A stretch of DNA of 63,696 nt, filler included, from Craspedostauros australis (taxonomy: Eukaryota), in the NCBI GenBank assembly GCA_030167865.1. It is 7 parts of 7 records of this genome, joined end to end, with 100 filler letters (N's around TTAATTAATTAA, not from the genome) between each part and the next. Parts side by side here need not be neighbours in the genome. Positions count along the whole stretch, not along the records: positions 1 to 18,269 come from JALAGF010002634.1; 6 more parts are not named here. The stretch is one strand, 5' to 3'. Shown one piece after another: positions 1-10,807 of the stretch. A program made the position numbers and the translations under genes. Numbering within the stretch: the stretch's first letter is position 1; every line of letters starts with the position of its first letter. The notes below the pieces were generated by a model. That model was not told where the DNA came from. It saw only the letters and a list, made by a program, of their open reading frames with translations, and did no database searches.

Positions 1-970
1 ATTGCAGTCTGACATCGACCGTCAATGACGTCATCATTTTCGTCCACGACGAGGACAAGTCAGCCAGGTATTTGTGTCGTAGAATCTAGCTAAATAAATC
101 TAAGCCTATTCGACAAGACGCTACACCATGTGCTAATAAAGTAATGTTGTCCGATAAAAAATCGGCAGGATCGTACGATCGTACCCTGAATGGGGTCCTA
201 AGTCCGAATTCAAACCAATCGGAACATGTGCGAATTTCGGATAATTTTGCGTTCCGTCAACAATACTCCGTGTGACGTGCAATGACTCAACCCGATGGCC
301 ACGCAGAAGCGCTCGGACTGTGAAATGAATGGTGGTCTCCTTGGCCTTTTGTTGCTGTCGCTGTCGCTGTCAACGAAGATGTGTGGATCGGAATCCGCGT
401 GCATCTCCATCGAATCTCTTTTGTGCACGTACTTCCGCACACAAACAGAAAGCGAAAGCGTCCAGCGTTTGCCACCGGCACCAGAAAGAACGTTGGTGGC
501 AGGAAGAGCGACAGTACTCGTGAAGAAGTGGTGGTAGACAAGCGGCAACCAGGAGTGGCTCCGAGTGACAGCAGAGGCTTCACACAGAAAAGTGACAGCG
601 TCAACATCGAGACACAACGCAGCAATCGACCAAGGCCAAAGGTGGAGATTCACAGGCTTCATCACAAACAACAAATCCACAAGCACTAATACGCTCGCAC
701 AGAGCCAAGGACCAACGTACTTCCACTCTTTTGTTTGCACCCCTGACCTGACCTGGCTGTATCGCAGTTGGCTCTTCTCCTGTTGCGCTTGCGTTTGTGT
801 GTGACAGTCCGTCGCAAGGTTAGACCAGAACAGTGAAGCAGCCAGCCGATTCCGCAAGGCGAACACCGACAAGGCAACCTCGCAGAGAGAGAGAGAGAGA
901 GAGACAAGACGCACACAATTGCTCTGCAATAGAGCATCAAATAATAGAATAGTTCAGAAGCAGCAGCAAC

Positions 971-2644
971 ATGGAGACCGAGAACAGAGCCGTCGACGGC
1001 AACGACAATGACAATGACAACCACGACGCCGAGGCTGAGGCCACAGTCGAACACAACAATGAAGAGGACGCTCCAGGGCAGAAGGAGACGTTCATGCAAG
1101 CCGCGCAGAGCGAGGCCCTGAGACCCTTCGTCATTATCAGCTCCAGCTACCTCCTGTTCACCATCACCGATGGCGCCATCCGCATGATCGTCCTGCTCCA
1201 TGCCTACAACAAGAGCTTTTCGGCGATCGAGGTCGCCATCATGTTCACGCTCTACGAGCTCGCCGGTGTCTTCACCAACCTCGCAGCAGGCTTCATGGGT
1301 GCCAAGTGGGGCATCCGCTTCACACTCATTTGTGGCCTCACGCTGCAACTTGTGTCGTACGCTGCGCTCTTCGGATGGCAGGATGATTGGTCGAAGCAGA
1401 CGGCCATCATCTACGTCACCATTAGCCAGATGTTTGCGGGCATCGCCAAGGATCTCACGAAGCTCGGAGGCAAGACCGTGACGAAGCTCGTCACACCAGA
1501 GGAGCAGGAGACCAAGCTCTTCAAGCTGGTGTCGCTCATCACTGGCTGGAAGAACTCCCTCAAGGGCGTGGGGTACTTTGCCGGAAGCGCGCTGCTCCAG
1601 GTCAGCTACGAGCTCGCCCTGGCTGTCATGATGGGCCTCGTCCTGCTGGCGATGCCGTGGGCTGTCCTGGGCCTGGATAAGAACCTCGGAACCGCCAAGC
1701 AGAAGAACGCGTCCTGGAAGGAGGTCTTCAAGATGGACAACCCCAACCTCAACTGGCTCTCCCTGGCTCGGCTCTTCCTCTTCGCCTCGCGCGACTTTTG
1801 GTTCGAAGTCCCGCTCCCATTCTTCCTCAGAAGCCCATCGTGCGATGGTCTGGGCGAGACGCTGTGCATGGCCGACGGAGACTGCAGCACGGGCGCGCTG
1901 TGCGGCGACTCTGGATTCTGTGAGTCCGTCAACTCCGGCGGCGGATGCGGCGGGCTTGGATTGGAACGCGTCGTCGTCGGCGCCTTCCTCGGTGGGTACA
2001 TCATCCTATACGGCCAGATACAGTCGTGGACGCCCCAGCTGGTGACAGGACCCCTGCGCCAAACCCCGCCAAACAAGCTGACAGAGATCTTCTGGGGCGT
2101 GATCAACTGCCTCCCCACGCTGGCCGCTTGGATACTCATCAGCTTCAGCGACATCTTCACAGACAACGACGAAACCGAGATGCTGATCTGCATGGTGATC
2201 GTCATCATCACCTTCGCGGCCATCTTCGCCATCAACTCCTCCATCCATTCCTACCTCGTCGTTGCCTACGCCAGCAAAGACAAGGTGGCCGTGAGCGTGG
2301 GATTCTACTACATGAGCAACGCCATGGGCCGTCTCCTCGGAACCCTTGGCAGCGGCCTTCTGTACTCGTACGTCGGCGAAGATCAGGGCGAGTTCGCCGG
2401 CACGGACGCAGTCGCCGGATTGGGCGCGTGCTTCCTGGCGGGAACACTCAGCAGCCTCATGGCAGCAGCCATCACCTTCAAGATCGATGATCAGAACTCT
2501 GGTCTGAAGTGCGGAGATTGCCTCACAATCGTGGCTGCGGAAGATCATGAGGATGACGCCGACTGTGGAGACGAAAACGTTGAGGAATCCGGGACGCACG
2601 CAGAGAAATCCGAGATCGATGCCTCGTCGGGCACTAAACGCTGA
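971..2644 (+). CDS. arsJ: ArsJ-like organoarsenical (1-arseno-3-phosphoglycerate) efflux MFS transporter with Cys-rich loop insertion
   Basis: Intronless 557-aa ORF with many hydrophobic helices. Motifs recalled from bacterial ArsJ occur in the same order: FTITDGAIRM, FTLYELAGVFTNL, AGIAKDLTK, TGWKNSLKGVG, ARLFLFASRDFWF, FAINSSIHSYLVV, VGFYYMSNAMGRLLGT. Confidence 0.88.
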   Translation: METENRAVDGNDNDNDNHDAEAEATVEHNNEEDAPGQKETFMQAAQSEALRPFVIISSSYLLFTITDGAIRMIVLLHAYNKSFSAIEVAIMFTLYELAGVFTNLAAGFMGAKWGIRFTLICGLTLQLVSYAALFGWQDDWSKQTAIIYVTISQMFAGIAKDLTKLGGKTVTKLVTPEEQETKLFKLVSLITGWKNSLKGVGYFAGSALLQVSYELALAVMMGLVLLAMPWAVLGLDKNLGTAKQKNASWKEVFKMDNPNLNWLSLARLFLFASRDFWFEVPLPFFLRSPSCDGLGETLCMADGDCSTGALCGDSGFCESVNSGGGCGGLGLERVVVGAFLGGYIILYGQIQSWTPQLVTGPLRQTPPNKLTEIFWGVINCLPTLAAWILISFSDIFTDNDETEMLICMVIVIITFAAIFAINSSIHSYLVVAYASKDKVAVSVGFYYMSNAMGRLLGTLGSGLLYSYVGEDQGEFAGTDAVAGLGACFLAGTLSSLMAAAITFKIDDQNSGLKCGDCLTIVAAEDHEDDADCGDENVEESGTHAEKSEIDASSGTKR

Positions 2645-3669
2645 GGCTCTCTCTCGTGAGTACGTATGTTGATACCATCGGTAGGCAGGTTTGTCAACGC
2701 AGACTGCTTGGCAACAGCACAGGCACTTCGAGGGTCCTTCGCGGGAGACTTCCATACATGTGGCTCGAAAGGAGCAGGAGTAATTTCATGTGAGCAAGTG
2801 GGGAGAGCAGCTCTACTCTCTCTAAAAGTTGCGCTCGCTGAAGCACGCCGCTCTCTTTCTATTATAGTCAAAAAGATATTGTGTTTTCTTGGTCACTCTG
2901 GATTGTATGGAAATAGAGTAGAGTACTCGTGCATACTATTATGTCTCGCTGAGAGGTTGATGAGAAAGATGCACCATGCCAATGGTTCGGGGTAGAACAC
3001 TCGCACGTGGCGGGAGCAACATGGTATCGTACGATCGCTTCTTGGCGACATTTGAATTTCTTCCTTTTCGCAATCTGAGCCCAACTCCGAGCTATGGTCC
3101 TACTGATAGGGGCATGATGGCGTTATACGAGCTATTAACATGTATTATATATTATTCTAGAATATGTAATAATACATAAGAGTATCCTAGGTCCCATGCT
3201 CTACACGCACATACCATCAAGTACGAGCACCCTCTTCCTCTCCTCCCACTGTCACGCACTGGATACAGCAAAAATGTGGTTCCCATGATGACGTACGAGT
3301 CACGAATATGTTTTGGCACGGGTTTGGTGGTTGTGTCATGTGGTATCGGAAGCAGATATGCATGGTACCGTGTCGAACAAGCACGTTCCTGCATTGGATT
3401 TATTCACATCTCAATGTTTTGTATGCATGGCTAGTTGTCACGTTTCAAGATACTGCCACCAAGATGTACCAAGAACAAAGGCCACAAACAATGGAGAAAA
3501 ACAACTCGAACCAAGCAAGAGAGACTGAGAGAAGAGGAAAGATTCGATGCAACGCACAATCGTCACGATCGCGAACAACGACCACAAAAACCAAAGCGTC
3601 CACAACCGCGAAAGCACCAGAGAACCCACAACACCATCAACAACATCATAAAGAAAAGCACAAGCCACC

Positions 3670-5582
3670 ATGACGACAACCGCCAACGCCGACACCAAGA
3701 TCATCGATCTTTTGAAGCAGAACAAGGATGAATCCAAACCAAAGATCTCCATCGAGTTCTTCCCACCACGAACCGAAGTTGGTGTCAAGGTGCGTGGCGC
3801 TATTCGACTTTGTGACGTTTCTCAAAGCATGTTGAGTACCTCGATGGCTCGCCGAGAGAATGCTTTTCGCGCGATGAGAAAGAGGGCGGCAACATGATCG
3901 GACAACCCGGCCGTTGCCGCGAAGTGCATGCTGCAGACGCCTGACTGTTGGCAGTTGTGGTGCAGCGCATTCACATGGAAGCGCACGGGAATGAAATGCA
4001 GCGACCCCTTTCGTGGGGCTCTGATACGAGGTGGTTCGCCGTTGGCTTGGGACGAGACGACTGCTTCTAGCCATTGAATCCTCATCATTCCTTCGTCTCC
4101 TTGCAATACAAATGGATACCCTCTGCGAATGGATTGATGGTTGGCTGATACTTCTGGGGACGATGCACCAACGCAGAACCTTCATGCCCGCATGGATCGC
4201 ATGAAAAATGCCATCGACCCGCTGTTCACGGACATGACCTGGGGTGCCGGTGGTTCCACCGCCGAGCTCACCCTCGACCTGTCAGCCCACTCCCGCAAGG
4301 CGGGTCATGTCTCCAACATGCACTTGACATGCACCAACATGGAGAAGGATGGCGATCCAAAGAAGGCTGTCCACGATGCTCTCCAGACAGCACAGGACAA
4401 CGGTATCCGCAACATCGTGGCACTTCGTGGTGATCCACCAGCCGGTCAAGACGAGTGGAAGGCCGCTGAGGGTGGATTCGCATGCGCCCTCGACCTCGTC
4501 AAGTACATCCGCGAGAACTTCGGAGAGACGTTCGGAATTTCTGTCGCTGGATACCCAGAAGGACACCCAAACGCCATCAGCGAAATCGAGGACCCTTCGA
4601 CCATGTCTGAAGCAGAGAAGGCACGCAGCTCCACCTTCGACGGCAAGGTCTACACCTGCAAGGACGAGGACTACAAGAAGGAGATGGATTACCTGAAGGA
4701 GAAGATCGATGCCGGTTCAGGTACGTACTGTACTCCGTACTTGATGTGCATGAGGTTGCGTGTGGAAGCAAAGGGTTAACTTTGTGGCTATCGACAAGCC
4801 CCACCAATGTGTCGATTTCAAGCTTCCTGTCCAAGTACTGTTGTTTCGACTCCTTCGTCCATCACTCATCAATCCTGCTCTCGCCACTTGACAATTTCAT
4901 TCTCCTACTCTGTTTCATTCCCCGATCATTCCATCTGCCGACATGGCAACATTCGACTGCGGGGAATTGCCTTCAATGATGAATGAACGAACGAATCCCC
5001 CACTCACTCACGTACTCACCGACTTTGACCAAATCAGACTTCATCATCACCCAGATGTTCTTTGACACTGCCGTCTTCGGCGCTTTCGTGAAGGACTGCA
5101 GAAAGTGGGGCATCAACTGCCCAGTCGTGCCAGGCATCATGTGCATCAACGCGTACGGCGGATTCTGCAAGATGACCAAGTTCTGCAAGACCCGTGTCCC
5201 AGCGGAGCTGCAGAGCAAGATGGACTCCATGAAGGATGACACCGATGCCCTCAAGGCCTTCGGTGTCGCCTACGGCGTCCAAATGTGCCAGGAATTGATC
5301 GAGATCGGTGTCGATGACCTGCACTTCTACACCCTCAACCTGGAGAAGGTCGTCTACGGAATCCTAGAAGGTCTTGGCTACGAGGTCAAGGCTACGGCCA
5401 ACGAGGCAGATGCAGCATCCATGGTTGCGAAGGGAAGTGCGTGGGCCCGTGCTGGCGACAACGTCAAGTGCGAGCACGGAAATGGTGTCGTCAAGACCAT
5501 CCATGAGGACGGATCTGCCACCATCACCATCGACGGGGAGGACAAGACCTTGGCGAAGGGCAAGTTCGAGAAGGTGTTCTAA
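3670..5582 (+). CDS. MTHFR: Methylenetetrahydrofolate reductase, 3 exons (3670-3789, 4177-4720, 5038-5582)
   Basis: Motifs SIEFFPPRT, DMTWGAGGST, MHLTCTN, NIVALRGDPP, VAGYPEGHP, KIDAGSDFIITQMFFD and LHFYTLN. GT-AG introns 3790-4176 and 4721-5037 join the three ORF segments in frame. Confidence 0.95.
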
Positions 5583-6180
5583 AGTGCGCGCTCTCTTTCT
5601 GTCTCTCTAAGATAATGACCCTCTACTGATGCTCGTACGAGCCATGAATGCTTCCGTCATCCAAAGAGCATGTGCTCCTCGTAGTACCTCTATGTGTTAT
5701 GCGTGCGTTAATTGGCCCGGGCCACTCTACTTTGGTGCCCGTAGACTTGGCTGATTTGACAACCGTTGGCGAGCGTTTTTTTGTCAACAACACATCGCCG
5801 ACTGTGTTCGCTCTTTTGGTCTGGACGCCCCAAGAAAGAGAACACAAGAGCGACATGCACAACCATGAGAGAGATCGGAAGACATTGGAGGAACGAACCA
5901 CAAGGCGGAACTGGAAAAGCACAAGACAGATACGCGTACGATCTACTACTACGCAACAATCAGCGACATCGCAGATAGAGGCATTCATAGGTTGTACCCA
6001 TACCAACGGGGAGTGCGGCGGATCGCCGAGAATAGACGAGCATAAAGAGAATAGAGTGGAACTGGCGCCTCCCAGACAGCTCTTCGTTCCACCCCCTGCA
6101 CTGCACTGCGCTACCCTGCTGCACAGCGTCACGCGTACAGCCATCTCATCTGCGACATCCAGCTGCGAGCACCAACAAAG

Positions 6181-7929
6181 ATGGATACCAAGGTTGTATC
6201 GGATGCAGTCAGCAGCATCTCCGACGATACCGCCGCGACAGACTTAACCAATCGCAGCGGCTCCGGTTCCATCGTGACGAACGGAGAGCTATTCGATGAT
6301 GGCGAGCTCGCATTGCTCGCATCTTCTCTGTTCGTCGATGACGGGGCTTCATCCGCAACACCCTCCAGCGATGGCTTGGAGTCTGGCGACGAGGGGGGCG
6401 ACAAGGGAGCTTCATCCGCGGTGCCAAGCCGCAATAACCACCGCAGCTTCTCCAATCTAGCGACGTCACCCGTCTACGGACAGCATCTTGATGAAGAGGA
6501 GGCCCGCAAGATGATGCCCAAGAACTCAGACGGCTTGGTGTACTACTGCACCATCATCCCGGATGTATTCTGCGTGAACGGCAAGCTGAAGTTACGCGGT
6601 TTGAACAAGCGAGATTTCAACCTGGAGACGAACGAGATCAAGCCACGACGGCCATCATTGCCGCTCACCATCTCCGATCTCTTCTCCTCATTGACCAAGG
6701 TCAGCGAAGACAATGGAGCGTACTCGCGCTACATCTTCAACGGCATCCTCAATGGCTGGCCCTCACTCAAGGTTTTCGAGTTGGTGGGAATCGACAAGAA
6801 GCGTTCCATAGGGCCGCTTTCTGCGCCAGATTACTTGAACTCTGCCGGGATCACGTGGCAGCATTACTGGAGCATGGATCGGGAAGGCAAGGACGGGGTG
6901 GCCCCGACCATCCTCGATCAGAACAAGATCTATCGAGCCAAGCTCCGTGGCCCAGCGTGGACCTCGAAGGGGTGGTCCATCGACAGCCCCGGCTTCGTCT
7001 TCTGGTTCGAATCGCAACACAGTGCGGGGCCGAGGGTGCTTTACGGAACCAACGCCGTTGCTGAAGTGGAGGACGCCAACTGCACCCACATACACATGCT
7101 CTCCCACCGGTACGCCGTCGCGAAAGAAACGGCGAAGGACCGCGTCACGTATCACTCCGTCGTCCTTCTGGAATGGGATCATGGCAAGTACTGCACCGTG
7201 GTGGAGGGTGCCTATCTGAACGGCATTGGCGGCTACCAAGGCAAAAGCAACTGGTACCACGACCGTGACGACAAACCGAATAGCCTCTACCGCGTCCTGC
7301 CGTCGGAGATGGTCAGCCCATGGTCGACCAGCGCGGCTGAAATCCGATGCTACGACGTCGAAGCAAAGAATCTATCTGAATTCCAGGACTTTGTCTCGCA
7401 GTACGAAGGGCCAGGCAAGCGCTTCGTTGACCCGCGCTTCACATTCTCTCATCCAGCCCGGTTGACCTACAGATCCAAGTCACACATCGCTCAGTACTGC
7501 GCCAACTACATCAATCGCGACACGTCCTACTCGGAACTCAAGCGCAACTGTCAGGTAAGACGGCCTCTCTCCAGTGATCTTGCACCATGCCGTGTCTGTT
7601 GGTTATCCGCGTGCCAGTGTAACCCTGCGGGAGTACCATTGTGTCGGTCGTCCAATCGACGAACCAGTCAACCAACCAACAAACAAACAAACAATCAGAC
7701 TCACCAACTGTGCTACTCTACATTCGTTTCACATGCCCCCTCTGCCCTCTTGCAACGGCAGACTCTCGCGGCAGATCTTTGCTCCTTCCTGGCGGGAAAG
7801 AGGAGCGTGGCGCCGTTCCATCCAGTCAACAGGATCGAATACCACAATCGCACGCATCTATTTTTGTACGATTCGACGATGTTCGAACAGCGACGCACAG
7901 CATCGCTCAAAGGAAAGGTGGTGCGATGA
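6181..7929 (+). CDS. Uncharacterised protein, probable divergent permuted papain-fold (PPPDE/DeSI-like) thiol peptidase; exons 6181-7554 and 7762-7929
   Basis: Long ORF with coding-like composition. A probable intron (GTAAGA at 7555, CAG at 7761) contains low-complexity CAAC/CAAA repeats. The spliced product has YHSVV and YSELKRNCQTLAADLCSFL, resembling the His and Asn-Cys motifs of PPPDE peptidases. Confidence 0.7.
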   Translation: MDTKVVSDAVSSISDDTAATDLTNRSGSGSIVTNGELFDDGELALLASSLFVDDGASSATPSSDGLESGDEGGDKGASSAVPSRNNHRSFSNLATSPVYGQHLDEEEARKMMPKNSDGLVYYCTIIPDVFCVNGKLKLRGLNKRDFNLETNEIKPRRPSLPLTISDLFSSLTKVSEDNGAYSRYIFNGILNGWPSLKVFELVGIDKKRSIGPLSAPDYLNSAGITWQHYWSMDREGKDGVAPTILDQNKIYRAKLRGPAWTSKGWSIDSPGFVFWFESQHSAGPRVLYGTNAVAEVEDANCTHIHMLSHRYAVAKETAKDRVTYHSVVLLEWDHGKYCTVVEGAYLNGIGGYQGKSNWYHDRDDKPNSLYRVLPSEMVSPWSTSAAEIRCYDVEAKNLSEFQDFVSQYEGPGKRFVDPRFTFSHPARLTYRSKSHIAQYCANYINRDTSYSELKRNCQVRRPLSSDLAPCRVCWLSACQCNPAGVPLCRSSNRRTSQPTNKQTNNQTHQLCYSTFVSHAPSALLQRQTLAADLCSFLAGKRSVAPFHPVNRIEYHNRTHLFLYDSTMFEQRRTASLKGKVVR

Positions 7930-8638
7930 TGTAGCTGATGGCAATAGCGGTGATCTTTGTGTTTCTGCTCGTGGTCGAAGTTGGATCACGTACTCCAGTG
8001 TCCGCGACAACGGCAAGGCGGTGCATGGGCCAAAGCCGACCCAAAGAGGCGCCACAGAGTGTCGTCCTGGACGTTTCATCGCGAGCAATTGTTAATATTA
8101 GATAATGTGTCTGCAAACTTTAACAACCATGCTCTCCGTTGCCACGAGTATTAAACTGGATGTCTTGCCCTTCTATTCGTATGTTTGCTGTGCGAGTACG
8201 CGTGAGACGTATGGAATGTAGATTATTGGATTCCACGATGTGCACGACCTTGCAGTCTCGTCATTTGGTTTCGTGGCCCGCAGCTTCGCAAAACACACCA
8301 ACGCACACGAGTGCGAGGATTCTACGGCTATGAGTAATAGTTCATAGTCGTACGAGTAGTAGGGCTGGTATGCTCTCGCAGTTGGGCCGAAGGTGATTGA
8401 ATTCTGCACCAGGAGTAGCTGGAACTCCTTTTCCTTCTTTCACATTCCTCATTCGCTTCTTGTCTGTCGATGCTCACCATGAGTTATCGCGCAAGCGTAT
8501 TTGCCAACTCCGTATGTACGGTCGCATCCCTGCATGGATATGTGTACTCTGTAGAGTAGTATCATTGCTATTGAGATTAGAATAGTGTAGTGTCTTATGG
8601 TACTCGTGGAGTGGAATGGCTTGTGACGCTGACCAATC

Positions 8639-10807
8639 TCAGTCATACATGTCGTCATCGTTGGAACCGCCACCAGCACCAGCACCACCGCCACCAGCGT
8701 TGCCGCTGCCTCCAGCGTCGCCCATATCGCTGAATCCGAGCCCGCCGTCCATTAGCAGGTTCGCAGCGAGTTCTTCATTCTTGTCGCATGCGAGGTAAGC
8801 TTGGGCTGCCTCGGCTCGGTCAAATCCCATCTCCGTCAAACGATCAACGGCGGCCATGTCCTCTTCGTTCAGTCGGAGGAACTGGGGACCTCCTCCTCCG
8901 CCAGCACCGCCCATCAATGCTCCAAGACCGGCGCCGCCGCTCTGTGCCATCGCCTGCATCATGTACGGCTGCAGTTGTTCTGGAGGGATCTGCATCAGCA
9001 TTTGCGCTGTGGTTCTCAGCTGTTCAGGAGAAAGGCCCACCATCTGGGCTGTTTCGTTGAGCTCCGTTGGACTCATCGATTGGATCATTTGGGCCATCTG
9101 CGCCATCTGGGCTGGATTGGCCATTCCATCCATCAAGCCTGCTGAAAGTCCAGCCGGTAAGCCTCCCGCAGCTCTTGCGCCGGCTCCAGAAGAAGCGGAA
9201 GTCGACGAGGATGTGGACGACGACTGCTGGGTGGTGGATGCAGAGTTGGCTTCAGTGATTGGCTCATTCATCATTTCAAGGAAGGCGGCTTGGTTGGCGT
9301 TAATCTCTGCGAGCAGCTCCGGCTGCTGCTGTCCGATCTGGGTCAACACAGTTTGAAGCATCTGGGGGTTGCTCTGTACAAGACGACGAAGGTCGTTGAA
9401 TTGCGGGTGGTTTCGGAGGGCTGCGAGAGGGCCTCCGCTCCCCCCTGCCCCAGCAGCTGCTGGCGAAAGGCTGCCGGCTGCAACTGCGGATTGGATGCCT
9501 GGGGGGATGCCGTTTGTGAGGAATTCAACAGCAACATCGGGGTTCCCGCCAGCTGCGCGGAGGCAGTGGCGAACTTCGGCCTCTGGGAAGCCCATTCCTG
9601 TCAGGTTGCCGATGACCTCCGCCGAGAACTCCGGTTCGGTCGGTCTTGACGGGGCTGCTGGGGTCGTCGCCGTCGTTGTGGCAGTTGTGGTTGCGACAGC
9701 TGGTGTTTGGGTGGCGCTGGACGCCGGTTGCGGTGCTGGCGTGGCCGGTGGTTCCTTGTTCGCAGTCGACGACGCTGCCTCTGCGGGTGCAGGTGCCGCG
9801 GCGGCAGCCGGTGCTGGTGCAGCTGCCTTCTTCTTCGACTTGGTGATCATCACCACCAAGAAATCCTGCTCAGTGATTCCACATGCCGAGACTGTCTGAT
9901 CGTCCTTGAGCACTTTCCCTGAATGAATGAGTTTCATGCTGGCGGCAGGCAGATCTGACTTGACCTCTTCCTGCGAGACACGACATGCAAAATTGAGTAC
10001 GGAGAGATGGAGTAGAGTAGAGTATGGTTGGGGATTTGTTCGTGCCGTTGCCACCGCCATTGTCACCGTCGCAGTTGTCCAGAATGAGGTAGCGGTTGTT
10101 GTGGATATGTAATGTTGGATGTCGTCGCCACGGCGATGGTGGTTATGAAGATGTTGATGCGGATGAAGGTGACGGCAGCCACGGTTGCAACGTATGCGGT
10201 TCATGTGGAATGGCGTGTGGAAATAATGGGTGTTGTGGTGATTGACAAAGTTTGGGAAATGGTTGGAATGTGGCGAGGGTCGGGCCAAAACATCAAGTCA
10301 AGCCAGGCCAAGCCGCGAGATGAACAAAAGTGCGGGGTATCGACACCAACCGTCGTAATGCCAGAGATCATGGGATCAGCGCACATTTACAGCATCCAGA
10401 TGCAAGTCGGACGAGGATGTTGCCCCGTTGTACGATGAATGTAAGCAGAGGAGATGGCGCGAGATGGTGAGTGCACCGTGCTGTGATCTTATGTGTCTGG
10501 TATACTGTACAAATATACTGTACAAATATGAGCACGATTACAACATGCCGCGTTCCAATGCACGGAATTGGACAGGTTTGGCTCCGTACACGAAGCAAGC
10601 ACCAACAGCAAAGTCACAACACAAGGTATGGAAGAGCAGGTGGCAAAGCCACAGATACAGCAAGAGATAAAGACGAGGCCAGCAGCGGTAGTGATGACAA
10701 TGACAATGGCCACTTACGATCTTGGCCTTGATCTCCTGGATCTTGTTCTCGGCCTCGCAGTTCACCTCGAACTTTCCACCCTTGAGGGTCTTCACTGTGA
10801 GCTTCAT
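8639..10807 (-). CDS. RAD23: RAD23 ubiquitin receptor (UBL-UBA-STI1/XPC-binding-UBA); exons 10807-10718 and 9970-8639
   Basis: N-terminus MKLTVKTLKG...KLIHSGKVLKDD (UBL), LTGMGF and LTEMGF (two UBAs), LRNHPQFNDLRRLVQSNP, AYLACDKNEELAANLL. A 747-nt GTAAGT...CAG phase-0 intron separates the exons. Confidence 0.95.

Noticed and set aside
9971..10717. Long RAD23 intron as a snoRNA host or coding extension (ORF to 10288)
   Set aside because: Mostly CAC/CAT low-complexity sequence with no convincing C/D boxes. The true first exon at 10718-10807 completes the UBL domain.
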